Shown in pieces: positions 1 to 8,914 of a DNA stretch of 64,000 bases; position 1 is the first letter of the stretch; the number at the start of each line of letters is the position of its first letter. Source of the DNA: Acidimicrobiia bacterium (lineage in GTDB: Bacteria > Actinomycetota > Acidimicrobiia > IMCC26256 > JACPCJ01); assembly GCA_035293045.1 (NCBI GenBank), contig DATDOY010000106.1:562-64561 (forward strand). Direction: 5' to 3'. The notes beneath the pieces are model-generated. The model was not told where the DNA came from. It saw only the letters and a program-made list of their open reading frames with translations, and did not search any database. The translations under genes and the position numbers were made by a program.

Positions 1-904
1 ACACCCGGGGCGTCAACAACCCGAGCTTGTTGAGGTTCGGGACGATCTTCGAGAACAGCGTCTGGCGGAACGCCCCCATGATCGGATGGTTCTCGGCGTA
101 CTCCTTGCCAACCGCGGCGTCGACGCCGACGCGGTCCCACACCTGATCGAGGAGGAAGCGGTCCCGCATCAGCGTGGCCGCCTCCATCACGAACTCCTCG
201 CGCTCGGCCAGTTCCGCGGCCGTCATCTGCGGATAGAGCCCGTCGAGCGAGAGCACGCCGAACGCGACGTGCCGCGCCTCATCTCGCATCACGTAATCGG
301 TGATCTGCTTGATCACCGGGTCGTGGAACAGCAGGTTGCCCCACCCGAACGCCGCCAGCGCCAACCCCTCCACCATGATCTGCATGCCGAGGTACGTGAT
401 ATCCCAGCGCTTCTCTCCCATGATGTCAACGAGCAGCGACTCCAGCGGCTTGCTGATCGGGTAGCTGTGCTGCAACTTCTCGATGAGGTACTTCGAGTAC
501 GCCTCAACGTGGCGCGCCTCATCGGCCACCTGATTGGCCGCGTAGAACTTCGAGTCGATGTCGGGCGCCGTCTCCACGAGACGGGCCGTCGCCACGAGCG
601 CGCCCTGTTCCCCATGCATGAACTGACTCACGAACCACGACTGAAACTCCCACCGGAACAGGTCGACGTCCTCGTCGGAGCGACCCTCGAGCGGCCCGCC
701 GGGCATCGCCACCCCGATGGCCTGGAACTGGTCGTGCTCGATGGGGGACCCGAACTCCACGGTCGGCGTCCAGTCGATGTCGGTGGTGGCGTTCCACTGC
801 GACACCTTCCCCTTCTCGTAGAGCTTGGTGAGCGCCGGGCGTTCCTGGAGGTAGTTCCAGGTCATGTCGGTGACGATCTCGGCGTCGATGAACAGGTGCC
901 CCAT
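1..904 (-). CDS. Ferritin-like diiron-carboxylate protein (RNR-R2/AurF-like superfamily), partial: C-terminus lies beyond the window edge
   Basis: Absent from the ORF track because it runs off the window edge. Reverse-strand translation from ATG (complement of 902-904) reads MGHLFIDAEIVTDMTWNYLQERPALTKLYEKGKVSQWNATTDIDW... It has two E-x-x-H diiron motifs (ADEARHVEAY and RDEARHVAFG) and clear GC3 bias. The + ORF 86..1597 is its antisense shadow. Confidence 0.7.
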   Translation of the reverse strand, partial: MGHLFIDAEIVTDMTWNYLQERPALTKLYEKGKVSQWNATTDIDWTPTVEFGSPIEHDQFQAIGVAMPGGPLEGRSDEDVDLFRWEFQSWFVSQFMHGEQGALVATARLVETAPDIDSKFYAANQVADEARHVEAYSKYLIEKLQHSYPISKPLESLLVDIMGEKRWDITYLGMQIMVEGLALAAFGWGNLLFHDPVIKQITDYVMRDEARHVAFGVLSLDGLYPQMTAAELAEREEFVMEAATLMRDRFLLDQVWDRVGVDAAVGKEYAENHPIMGAFRQTLFSKIVPNLNKLGLLTPRV

Positions 905-1100
905 GCCGTGGATCTCCTCGTGCGTGGCGAATGCGTAGGTGTTACCGACGGTAACACAAGACGGGGCGCATCCACCAGGGGTACCGTCGGAACACTTCCC
1001 CTGCGCCTTCCCTCCGGCGTTTCTCGCTTCCCCCGCGACCTCCCCGCGTTGCACGGCCCATTTCGGCGCGCCCTCGCCGCGCCGACGCCAGGAGGACGTC

Positions 1101-1850
1101 ATGCCTACCGCCGAAGAACGCCGCGAGCCCCACCTCGCCGCCTTCGCCCGCCACGCGGCCCTCGACGACCCATCGCCCAACCCCGCCCCGCTTCGCCCGA
1201 TCGTTCCCCGGCCGGCGTTCGTCCCCGACTCGCTGCGCGACCGCGTCATGCAGTGGCGCGACGACCCGCGGGCCGCCGCCGCGGCCGTCGCCATCGTCGC
1301 CCTCGTCGCCGGCGTGTTCTTCTACCGGTCGGCGATGGCGGGCGGCGCCGAGGCGGAGCGGCCACCCGACGGGGCGCAAGCGGTTCTGTCGACGAGCACT
1401 TCGGTTCCCCGCGAGATCGTCGTCCACGTTGCCGGCGCGGTAGTGAGCCCAGGGGTGTACCGCTTCCCCGATGGGGCCCGCGTGGGCGAGGCGGTGGCGC
1501 TGGCGGGCGGCGCAGTCGACGGGGGAGAGCCCGACCGACTCAACCTCGCCGCCCGGCTCGCAGACGGCCAGCGGGTCCACGTGCCCCGCGCCGGTGAACC
1601 GCTCCCGGCGGACGCGGCGGGGAACCCCTCCAGCGCGCCGTCCGGAGGCGCCTCGGCTGGGCCGGTCAACGTCAACGTCGCCACCGCGCAACAACTCGAG
1701 GCCCTTCCCGGCGTCGGGCCATCGCTGGCGCAGGCGATCATCGCGGAACGCGATCGCCGCGGCGGGTTCCGCAAGGTCGACGAGCTCCTTGCCGTACGCG
1801 GCATCGGGGAGAAACGCCTCGCCGACCTCAAGCCCCTCGTTGCGGTGTGA
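1101..1850 (+). CDS. comEA: ComEA-type competence protein (SLBB domain + C-terminal helix-hairpin-helix DNA-binding domain)
   Basis: C-terminus VNVNVATAQQLEALPGVGPSLAQAIIAERDRRGGFRKVDELLAVRGIGEKRLADL is a typical ComEA HhH. An SLBB-like segment VVHVAGAVVSPGVYRF precedes it. I chose ATG 1101 (GGAGGA SD at 1091-1096) rather than the track start at 939. The gene lies next to comEC. Confidence 0.8.
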   Translation: MPTAEERREPHLAAFARHAALDDPSPNPAPLRPIVPRPAFVPDSLRDRVMQWRDDPRAAAAAVAIVALVAGVFFYRSAMAGGAEAERPPDGAQAVLSTSTSVPREIVVHVAGAVVSPGVYRFPDGARVGEAVALAGGAVDGGEPDRLNLAARLADGQRVHVPRAGEPLPADAAGNPSSAPSGGASAGPVNVNVATAQQLEALPGVGPSLAQAIIAERDRRGGFRKVDELLAVRGIGEKRLADLKPLVAV

Positions 1851-3184
1851 CGACGACCTTCCGGGCCGTCGCGCTGATCGTCGTCTACGCCGCCGCCGTC
1901 GCGGTCCTCCACGCGCGCGCCTCGAACGGCGTGCAGGAGGTGGAGCAGATCGCGCAACGCGGTGCCGACGTCGACGGCTGGGTCGAGCTCGCCGCCGACC
2001 CCGTGCCGCAGTTGTTCCGCACGCGTGCCGTGGTGCGTCTCGGCGGCCAACTCGGCGGCCAGCTCGACGGCGCCCTCGCCCTCGCCGTCGCCCACCGGCC
2101 CGAGTCCTCGGCGCTCAACGTGGTCGGCGCCGGCGACCGCCTGTGGGTTCGGGGCCGCATCGTCCCGCTCGCGGAGCTCGAGGCCCGGCGATGGCACCAT
2201 CGCCACGTCGGCGCCCTGCTCGAGATCGACGACGTCCTCGACGTCCGGTCGCCTCGCGGGTTCCTCGCCCGAGCCGCCAACCTCGTGCGCGGTGTGGTCC
2301 TCGCCGGCACCGAGCGGATGCCGTCACCCGAGGCCGGCGTCGTGGCCGGGTTCCTCGTGGGTGACACCCGCGCCATCCCTGATGGCGTGATCGATTCCTT
2401 TCGCGCCGCCGGGCTCTCGCATCTCTTGGCGGTGTCGGGAGCGAACGTCGCCTTCGTACTCGCGCTCGTCGGACCGGGCCTCCGGCGTCTCGGACTCCGC
2501 GGGCGCTTCGCGGCAGCCCTCGCGGTGATCGCGCTCTTCGCCGCGGCGACGCGGTTCGAGCCCTCCGTGCTGCGCGCCTCCGCGATGGCGGCGGTGGCGG
2601 CCCTCGCCGCCTTCCTCGGCCGCCCCGCGTCGGGGATGCGCGTGTTCGGCATCGGCGTCGGAGCGCTCGTGCTCGTTGACCCGTTCCTCATCCACTCGGT
2701 CGGGTTCCGGCTGTCGTGCGCGGCGTGCGCCGGCATCATCCTGTGGTCCGCGCCCATCGCTCGCCGGCTTCCGGGTCCCGAGCCCCTCCGCGAGGCCCTC
2801 GCCGTCACCATCGCGGCCCAGGTCGCGGTGACGCCGGTCCTCCTCCCGATCTTCGGCAGCGTGCCGCTCGCGTCGATTCCCGCCAACGCCCTTGCGGTGC
2901 CGTTGGCCGGCCCCCTCACCATGTGGGGCATGGCCTCGGGGGCCGCGGCCTCCCTCCTCGATGGGCCGCTCCCGGAGGTGAGCGGCCTCCTCCAGGTGCC
3001 GACGCTGCTCCTCGCCCGAGCCGTCGCCGGCATCGCCGACCGGTGCGCGGCCATCCCCTGGACCGTGGACGCCACCGCCGCATGGGGACTCCTCGCCCTC
3101 GGGTGCGCCGTGGCGGCGCTGAGGAAGTCGTCTCGTAGGCTCGATCCCGATGCCGACCACCGCGTTGCGACTCGGGCCCCATGA
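1847..3184 (+). CDS. comEC: ComEC/Rec2 family competence channel, short form (OB/DUF4131 region + competence domain, no metallo-beta-lactamase domain)
   Basis: GTG start overlaps the comEA stop (GTGA). Motif FRAAGLSHLLAVSGANVAFVLALV and multiple hydrophobic helices are typical of the ComEC competence domain. The ORF ends after 445 aa. Confidence 0.8.
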   Translation: MTTTFRAVALIVVYAAAVAVLHARASNGVQEVEQIAQRGADVDGWVELAADPVPQLFRTRAVVRLGGQLGGQLDGALALAVAHRPESSALNVVGAGDRLWVRGRIVPLAELEARRWHHRHVGALLEIDDVLDVRSPRGFLARAANLVRGVVLAGTERMPSPEAGVVAGFLVGDTRAIPDGVIDSFRAAGLSHLLAVSGANVAFVLALVGPGLRRLGLRGRFAAALAVIALFAAATRFEPSVLRASAMAAVAALAAFLGRPASGMRVFGIGVGALVLVDPFLIHSVGFRLSCAACAGIILWSAPIARRLPGPEPLREALAVTIAAQVAVTPVLLPIFGSVPLASIPANALAVPLAGPLTMWGMASGAAASLLDGPLPEVSGLLQVPTLLLARAVAGIADRCAAIPWTVDATAAWGLLALGCAVAALRKSSRRLDPDADHRVATRAP

Positions 3185-4019
3185 GTACGACGTCACGTCG
3201 CGCGCCCTTGTCATGGGGATCCTCAACCGCACCCCCGACTCCTTCTACGACCAGGGCGAGACTTGGGACTTCGACGCCTTCCTCCGCAAGGCCGATCGGC
3301 TCGTCGCCGAAGGAGCCGACATCCTCGACGTCGGCGGGGTGAAGGCGGGTCCCGGACCCGAGGTCAGCGAGGCCGAGGAACTCGATCGCGTCGTGCCGGC
3401 CGTGGCGGCGCTCGCCCGGCGCTTCGACGTCCCCATCTCGGCCGACACCTGGCGGGCGAGCGTGCTGCAGGCGTGCTGCGAGGCCGGCGCGGTCCTGGGT
3501 AACGACATCAGCGGGTTCGCCGACCCGAAGTACGTCGAGGTCGCCGCTCACGCCGGAGCGTCGGTGGTGGCCACCCACATCCGCCTCCGCCCCCGCGTCC
3601 CCGACCCCGAGCCCCACTACGACGACCTCGTCGCTGACGTCCGCGCCTTCCTCCTCGACCGGGCGGCGCACGCGCTCGACGCCGGCCTGGCCCCCGAGGC
3701 GGTCATCCTCGACGCCGGCCTCGACCTCGGGAAGACGCCGGCGCAGAGCGCGGTCCTGCTTCGTGAGAGCGCGGGCCTCGCCGACCTCGGGTTTCCTCTG
3801 CTCCTCTCGGCCTCGAACAAACGGTTCCTCGGCGAACTGCTCGGCCTCGAGATCGACGACCGCCGCGACGCGTCATTGGCCTGCACCGCGTACGGCGTCA
3901 TGATGGGGTGCCGGATCGTTCGCGTCCACGACGTGCTCGGATCCGTGAAGGTCGTGAGGATGATCGCGGCCCTGCTCGACGGCGGCGACGGCACTGGGAA
4001 GGAGAGCGCCGATGGCTGA
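3150..4019 (+). CDS. folP: Dihydropteroate synthase family protein, divergent FolP2-like paralogue
   Basis: N-terminus ...ALVMGILNRTPDSFYDQG and C-terminal IVRVHDV are DHPS signatures. The canonical GGESTRPG is replaced by GGVKAGPG, and DPGFGFGK by DAGLDLGK. The start overlaps comEC by 35 nt, and its stop overlaps the holA start. Confidence 0.75.
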   Translation: MPTTALRLGPHEYDVTSRALVMGILNRTPDSFYDQGETWDFDAFLRKADRLVAEGADILDVGGVKAGPGPEVSEAEELDRVVPAVAALARRFDVPISADTWRASVLQACCEAGAVLGNDISGFADPKYVEVAAHAGASVVATHIRLRPRVPDPEPHYDDLVADVRAFLLDRAAHALDAGLAPEAVILDAGLDLGKTPAQSAVLLRESAGLADLGFPLLLSASNKRFLGELLGLEIDDRRDASLACTAYGVMMGCRIVRVHDVLGSVKVVRMIAALLDGGDGTGKESADG

Positions 4020-5094
4020 TCCGACGGTGATCGTCGTGAAGGGTCCCGACCGCGAACTCCGCACCCGCACGCTCGAGGAACTCGTCCCGAAGCTCCTCGG
4101 CGACGACGACCGCACGCTCGCCCTCGAGGAGACCTACCTCCCACCGCGGTCGTCGAAGGGGGAGGAGAGCGGCGGCGAAGCGAGGGCGGCGGCCATGGGC
4201 ACCGCCCTCGCCGGCGCGCGCACACCGCCGTTCGGCACGTCCAAGCGCGTCGTCGTCGTCCGCACCGACGAGCCGCTCACCGCCAAAGACGACGGCGGCG
4301 AGGGAAAGGCGCTCGATCTCCTCGTGCGCTACCTCGCCGACCCAGAGCCGACGACCGCACTCGTGTTCGAGTCGGTCGGAAAACCGCCGGCCGAACTCAC
4401 CAAGGCGCTCAAGGCGGCGAAGGCGCAGGACGTCGGCGGCGTCGTGCACAAGGACGCCACCGGTTCCGTTCTGCGCGATCAGTTGTCGCGGGCGGGGATC
4501 GTCCTTGATCGCGCGGCCATGGCGATGGTGATCGAGCGTCTCGGCGAAGACACCGGTCGCGTGCCTGCCCTCGTCGATCTCCTCACGTCAACGTTCGGCC
4601 GCGGCGCGTCCCTCGGGTCGGACGACGTCGCGATGTACCTCGGGCGCCACGGCCCCATCCCCGTGTTCGAGCTGACGAAGGCCATCGACAGCGGCGAAGC
4701 GGCCGACGCGCTCGTCGTCCTCGACACCATGATGGGCTCGATGGAGATGCACCCGCTCCAGATCATGGCGATCCTCCACAAGCACTTCCGCCGAGCCTTG
4801 CGGGTCCACGACCCCTCCATCGCCGACAAGCGCGACGCGAAGGCGGCCATCGATGCGTTCGAGACGAGGCCGGGACGAAAGGTCAACGTCCACGAGTTCC
4901 CGGCCGAGCTCGCGTGGAAGAAGGCGAACCGGATGGGGATCGACGGAATTCGCCGGGCGTTCGCGCTCCTCGCCAAGGCCGACCGCGACCTCCGCGGCGG
5001 CTCGGGCGCACCCGATGATGCGATCATCGCCGTGCTCGTCACCGAGCTTTCGACGCTGTCCAAGCGGGGCGCGCCGGTGCGCTCACGGGGCTGA
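4012..5094 (+). CDS. holA: DNA polymerase III subunit delta
   Basis: 360 aa. It occupies the conserved comEC-holA / rpsT position. Its length and helical C-terminal region (HPLQIMAILHKHFRRAL) resemble HolA. The call rests mainly on synteny and family resemblance. Confidence 0.7.
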   Translation: MADPTVIVVKGPDRELRTRTLEELVPKLLGDDDRTLALEETYLPPRSSKGEESGGEARAAAMGTALAGARTPPFGTSKRVVVVRTDEPLTAKDDGGEGKALDLLVRYLADPEPTTALVFESVGKPPAELTKALKAAKAQDVGGVVHKDATGSVLRDQLSRAGIVLDRAAMAMVIERLGEDTGRVPALVDLLTSTFGRGASLGSDDVAMYLGRHGPIPVFELTKAIDSGEAADALVVLDTMMGSMEMHPLQIMAILHKHFRRALRVHDPSIADKRDAKAAIDAFETRPGRKVNVHEFPAELAWKKANRMGIDGIRRAFALLAKADRDLRGGSGAPDDAIIAVLVTELSTLSKRGAPVRSRG

Positions 5095-5116
5095 ACGCTC
5101 ACGCGATCACTTTCGT

Positions 5117-5174
5117 GTGCACTTGTCGTCGTGAATTCGCGCCTCGGCGCGCCAGATCACGACGGGAAGTGCAC
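5117..5174. terminator. Long composite hairpin between convergent holA and rpsT (candidate bidirectional terminator)
   Basis: GTGCACTT..GTCGTGA..CGCGCC-TC-GGCGCG..TCACGAC..AAGTGCAC. The outer 8-bp, middle 7-bp and inner 6-bp arms are perfectly complementary. Confidence 0.5.
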
Positions 5175-5233
5175 AACAAACCCACCGCGGCGCGTCGTTC
5201 GCCCCGACGGCGAGGGCGGACCGCTGCGACCCG

Positions 5234-5503
5234 CTAGGAGGAGGTCTGCGACCTCTTGGCGGCGGCGGCGAGGCGGGACTTGCGCCGGGCGGCGGCGTTC
5301 TTGTGGATGACGCCCTTGGTGGCGGCCATGTCGAGGCGCTTTTGGGCCTCTCGCAGCTGCGCCGGGGCGTCTTCCGCGCCGGTGGAGGCGGCGGTGGCGG
5401 CGTTCTTGACGCGCGTCTTCAGCTCGGTGCGAACAGCCTTGTTGCGCACCCGCTGAGCCTCGTTCTTCCGGTTCCGCTTGATCTGAGACTTGATGTTGGC
5501 CAT
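5234..5503 (-). CDS. rpsT: 30S ribosomal protein S20
   Basis: [33 protein letters not shown]... is a canonical S20 N-terminus. I trimmed the start to the internal ATG (complement of 5501-5503) of track ORF 5234..5584. Confidence 0.93.
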   Translation of the reverse strand: MANIKSQIKRNRKNEAQRVRNKAVRTELKTRVKNAATAASTGAEDAPAQLREAQKRLDMAATKGVIHKNAAARRKSRLAAAAKRSQTSS

Positions 5504-5529
5504 GAGGGCGCTGAGGGTAGCAGGGGCTG

Positions 5530-7353
5530 TTGGCAGGACGGGAAGTCGCCACTTGTACGCTCGCCCACGTGACCGCGCTCTCACGAATACGCAACATCGG
5601 GATCGTGGCCCACATCGACCACGGCAAGACGACGCTCTCGGACCGCCTGCTCCAGCTGTGCGGCGCCGTCGACGCCCGCGACATGCGGGCCCAGTACCTC
5701 GACTCGATGGATCTCGAGCGTGAGCGTGGCATCACGATCAAAGCCCAGAACGTCCGGCTCATCTACGGCGACCACTTCATCCACCTGATCGACACGCCCG
5801 GGCACGTCGACTTCAGCTACGAGGTGTCCCGATCGCTCGCCGCATGCGAGGGCGTCGTGCTCCTCGTGGACGCCTCGCAGGGGATCGAGGCGCAAACCCT
5901 CGCCAACTGCTACCTCGCGCTCGAGAACGACCTCACGATCGTCGCCGCCCTCAACAAGATCGACCTCGTGCAAGCGGAGCCCGATCGGGTGGCCGAAGAG
6001 ATCGAACGGGTGCTCGGCATCCCGGCCGACGAGTGCCTCCGCATCTCCGCCAAGACCGGCGAGGGCGTGCCCGCACTCCTCGACGCCGTCGTCGAGCACG
6101 TCCCGCCGCCCGAGGGTGACGCCGACGCGCCGCTCCAGGCGCTCATCTTCGACTCCATCTACGACAACTACCGCGGCGTCATCTCCTCGGTGCGCGTGGT
6201 GAACGGCGTGCTCACCTCGGGCGCCCGCCTCGAGTTCGCCCAGGCCAAGACCAAGCACGACGCAGAGGAGGTCGGCGTCCGCCTCCCCAAGCCCACCCCC
6301 GTCGCCGAACTCGGCCCCGGCGAGGTGGGGTATCTCATCGCCGGCATCAAGAACGTCGGGCAGGCCAAGGTGGGAGAGACCGTCACCGAGGCCGCCCGGC
6401 CGGCCCCGGCGCTGTCGGGGTACAAGGACCCCAAGCCGATGGTGTTCTGCGGCCTCTACCCAGTGCTCGGCGATGACTTCGCCGACCTGCGTGAGGCGCT
6501 CGAGAAGCTCCAGCTCAACGACTCGTCGTTCACCTACGAGCCCGAAACGTCCGGCGCCCTCGGGTTCGGATTCCGGTGCGGCTTCCTCGGTCTGCTGCAC
6601 ATGGAGATCGTCCGCGAGCGCCTCGAGCGCGAATACGACCTCGAGCTCGTGGCGACCGCGCCCAACGTGGAATACCAGGCGCACACCACGGCGGGGACGG
6701 TGGAGATCGTCGACAACCCGTCGTCGCTCCCCGAGGCCAGCAAGCTCGAGGCGATCGAGGAGCCCTACGTCCGCTGCACGCTGCTGACCCCCGCCGAGTA
6801 CCTCGGCACGCTGATCGATCTCTGTGAGAGTCGGCGTGGCGAACAGAAGGGCATCGACTACATGTCCGAGGGGCGCGTCGAGCTCTTCTACGAAATTCCC
6901 CTCGCCGAGATCGTGCTCGACTTCTACGACCAACTGAAGTCGCGCACCAGGGGCTACGCCAGCCTCGACTACGAGCCCATCGGCTACCGGATCTCGAAGC
7001 TGGTGAAGGTCGACGTGCTCCTCAACGGACAGCCGGTCGACGCCTTCTCGACCATCGTGCATCGCGATGAGGCGTACGAGTACGGCCGGCGGATGGTCGA
7101 ACGCCTCCGCGAACTCATTCCCCGTCAACTCTTCGACGTGCCGATCCAAGCGGCGGTGGGGGGCCGCATCGTCGCCCGCGAGACGGTCAAGGCCAAGCGC
7201 AAGGACGTCATCGCCAAGTGCTACGGCGGCGACATTTCCCGCAAGCGCAAGCTCCTCGAACGGCAGAAAGAGGGCAAGCGTCGAATGAAGCAGATCGGCA
7301 ACGTCGAAGTCCCCCAGGACGCCTTCATCAAGGCCCTGAGACTCGAGGACTGA
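5530..7353 (+). CDS. lepA: Translation elongation factor 4 (LepA)
   Basis: [30 protein letters not shown] and NKID GTPase motifs, plus the LepA-specific C-terminus (...[28 protein letters not shown]). An alternative GTG start at 5569 is equally plausible. Confidence 0.93.
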   Translation: MAGREVATCTLAHVTALSRIRNIGIVAHIDHGKTTLSDRLLQLCGAVDARDMRAQYLDSMDLERERGITIKAQNVRLIYGDHFIHLIDTPGHVDFSYEVSRSLAACEGVVLLVDASQGIEAQTLANCYLALENDLTIVAALNKIDLVQAEPDRVAEEIERVLGIPADECLRISAKTGEGVPALLDAVVEHVPPPEGDADAPLQALIFDSIYDNYRGVISSVRVVNGVLTSGARLEFAQAKTKHDAEEVGVRLPKPTPVAELGPGEVGYLIAGIKNVGQAKVGETVTEAARPAPALSGYKDPKPMVFCGLYPVLGDDFADLREALEKLQLNDSSFTYEPETSGALGFGFRCGFLGLLHMEIVRERLEREYDLELVATAPNVEYQAHTTAGTVEIVDNPSSLPEASKLEAIEEPYVRCTLLTPAEYLGTLIDLCESRRGEQKGIDYMSEGRVELFYEIPLAEIVLDFYDQLKSRTRGYASLDYEPIGYRISKLVKVDVLLNGQPVDAFSTIVHRDEAYEYGRRMVERLRELIPRQLFDVPIQAAVGGRIVARETVKAKRKDVIAKCYGGDISRKRKLLERQKEGKRRMKQIGNVEVPQDAFIKALRLED

Positions 7354-7426
7354 TCGCATGCGTCGCGCCGCGCATGTGTGAGTGCCTGCCCGGTCATTGC
7401 CGGGCCAGCACGCACACCGCGCCGGC

Positions 7427-7900
7427 CTATCGACCGGGAGTCGCGGTCTTGGCTGCGGGTTCGTCGAGAAGGAACAGCGTCTGGGTCGAGCGGATCTCCG
7501 GCATCGACTGAAAGCCCATCAGCACGACGTCGCGGAGGTGGTCGACGTCGGAGGCGCGCACGAGCACCACGAAGTCGAACTCGCCGGTGGTGAACGCGAT
7601 CCACTCGACGCCCGGCAGTTGCCAGAGTCGGTCTGCGATCTCGCGCCACGAGTGCTGTTCGATGCGCACCATCACGAGGGCCGCGATCGGCAGCCCGATC
7701 TTGTGCTGGTCGAGATCCACGGTGAACCGGCGGATCACGCCGGTCTCGCGAAGCCGGGCGAGCCGCTGGTAGGCGGTCGCCCGTGCCACGTTGACCTGCT
7801 GAGCGAGCGCGTTGACCGACACACGCGAGTCGGCCTGCAGCACGGCAAGCATGCGCCGGTCGACCTCGTCGAGCTGGACGTCTTGCATCGGCACGGCCAT
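7427..7900 (-). CDS. Lrp/AsnC family transcriptional regulator
   Basis: N-terminal HTH (LDEVDRRMLAVLQADSRVSVNALAQQVNVARATAYQRLARLRETGVI) followed by a RAM/AsnC_trans_reg-like domain. It is divergent from phhA. Confidence 0.88.
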   Translation of the reverse strand: MAVPMQDVQLDEVDRRMLAVLQADSRVSVNALAQQVNVARATAYQRLARLRETGVIRRFTVDLDQHKIGLPIAALVMVRIEQHSWREIADRLWQLPGVEWIAFTTGEFDFVVLVRASDVDHLRDVVLMGFQSMPEIRSTQTLFLLDEPAAKTATPGR

Positions 7901-7951
7901 CGTGGGTCCCCTGGGTGGACGACTCGCGCCCTACCTTGGCATAACGGACTA

Positions 7952-8008
7952 CAGAATGTCCACGATTTCCCGAAAGCGCTGCACATTCTGGCGGAGAAGC
8001 GCAGAATG
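7952..8008. promoter_or_regulatory. Candidate operator: three copies of CAGAATG (7952-7958 direct, 7984-7990 inverted, 8002-8008 direct and overlapping the phhA ATG)
   Basis: CAGAATGT (7952-7959) and ACATTCTG (7983-7990) form a perfect 8-bp inverted repeat with a 23-bp spacer. A third CAGAATG contains the phhA start codon. The motifs lie in the Lrp/phhA divergent intergenic region. Confidence 0.4.
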
Positions 8009-8914
8009 GACGCCATGGATTCCGACACGCAGGCCCAGCTCTATTCGCCCGTCGAGCGCAACGCATCCGGGGCCGTCAGCGTGCTCCTCGGGGCCGACCA
8101 CCCCGGCGTCAACGACCCGGCGTACCGCGAGCGCCGCAACGACATCGCCGCCCTCTCGGTGGACTGGCAGCCGGGCGACGCCGTCCCCGTCGTCGATTAC
8201 ACCCCGGTCGAACACGACGTGTGGCGGATCGTCTCGCGGGAACTCGACCCCCTGCACCGCGAGCACGCCTGCCGGGCGTTCGTCGAGGCCAAGGAGCAAC
8301 TCGACCTCCCCGCCGAATTCGCGCCCCAGCTCACCGAGGTCAGCGAGCGCCTCGAGCCGCTCACCGGGTTTCGCTACCTCCCCGTCGCCGGCCTCGCTCC
8401 GCTCCGCGAGTTCTACGCCTCCTTCGGCGACGCCACCTTCTTCTCCACGCAGTACATCCGGCACCACTCGATGCCCCTGTACACGCCGGAGCCCGACATC
8501 GTCCACGAGGTCATCGGCCACGCCAACCAGTTGGCGATCCCGATGTTCGCCTCCATCTACCGCCTGGTGGGGAGCGCGGTGGCGCGGACCGACTCCGAGG
8601 AGGCGCTCCGGTTCCTCTCGCAGGTCTTTTGGTTCACCATGGAGTTCGGCGTCGTCGACGAAGACGGCGACACGCGCGCCTACGGGGCAGGCATCCTCTC
8701 CTCGATCGGCGAAACCGCCGCGTTTCGCGACGCCGAGATCCGCACCCTCGACTTCGAGGACATGGGCACGCTGCCCTACGACATCACGCGGTACCAGCCG
8801 GTGTTGTTCGCGGCCCGCTCGATGGCGCACCTCGAAGACGCCCTCACCGATTTCTATTCCACATACGACGACGACGTCTTCGCCCGGATCGCTCGCGGAA
8901 GGCAGGTGGCGTGA
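8006..8914 (+). CDS. phhA: Phenylalanine-4-hydroxylase (aromatic amino acid hydroxylase family)
   Basis: Motifs PEPDIVHEVIGHANQLA (Fe-binding HxxxxH), FWFTMEFGV and YGAGILSS. I trimmed the start to ATG 8006 inside track ORF 7382..8914. Confidence 0.88.
   Translation: MDAMDSDTQAQLYSPVERNASGAVSVLLGADHPGVNDPAYRERRNDIAALSVDWQPGDAVPVVDYTPVEHDVWRIVSRELDPLHREHACRAFVEAKEQLDLPAEFAPQLTEVSERLEPLTGFRYLPVAGLAPLREFYASFGDATFFSTQYIRHHSMPLYTPEPDIVHEVIGHANQLAIPMFASIYRLVGSAVARTDSEEALRFLSQVFWFTMEFGVVDEDGDTRAYGAGILSSIGETAAFRDAEIRTLDFEDMGTLPYDITRYQPVLFAARSMAHLEDALTDFYSTYDDDVFARIARGRQVA

Noticed and set aside
86-1597. 503-aa + strand ORF (and the nested 942..1694, 1322..2206 and 1471..2364 ORFs)
   Set aside because: The translation is Arg/Pro/Gly-rich and low-complexity, typical of off-frame reading of high-GC DNA. 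The region is fully explained by the minus-strand ferritin-like gene (1-904) and by comEA (1101-1850), both of which carry real family motifs and GC3 bias.
5581-7359. 592-aa minus-strand ORF
   Set aside because: It is exactly antisense to lepA, which has unambiguous GTPase motifs. The antisense translation has no recognisable domain and shows the typical shadow-ORF composition.
7382-8005. N-terminal 208 codons of + ORF 7382..8914 as an extension of phhA
   Set aside because: This part is antisense to the Lrp/AsnC regulator gene. Aromatic amino acid hydroxylase homology begins after the ATG at 8006.
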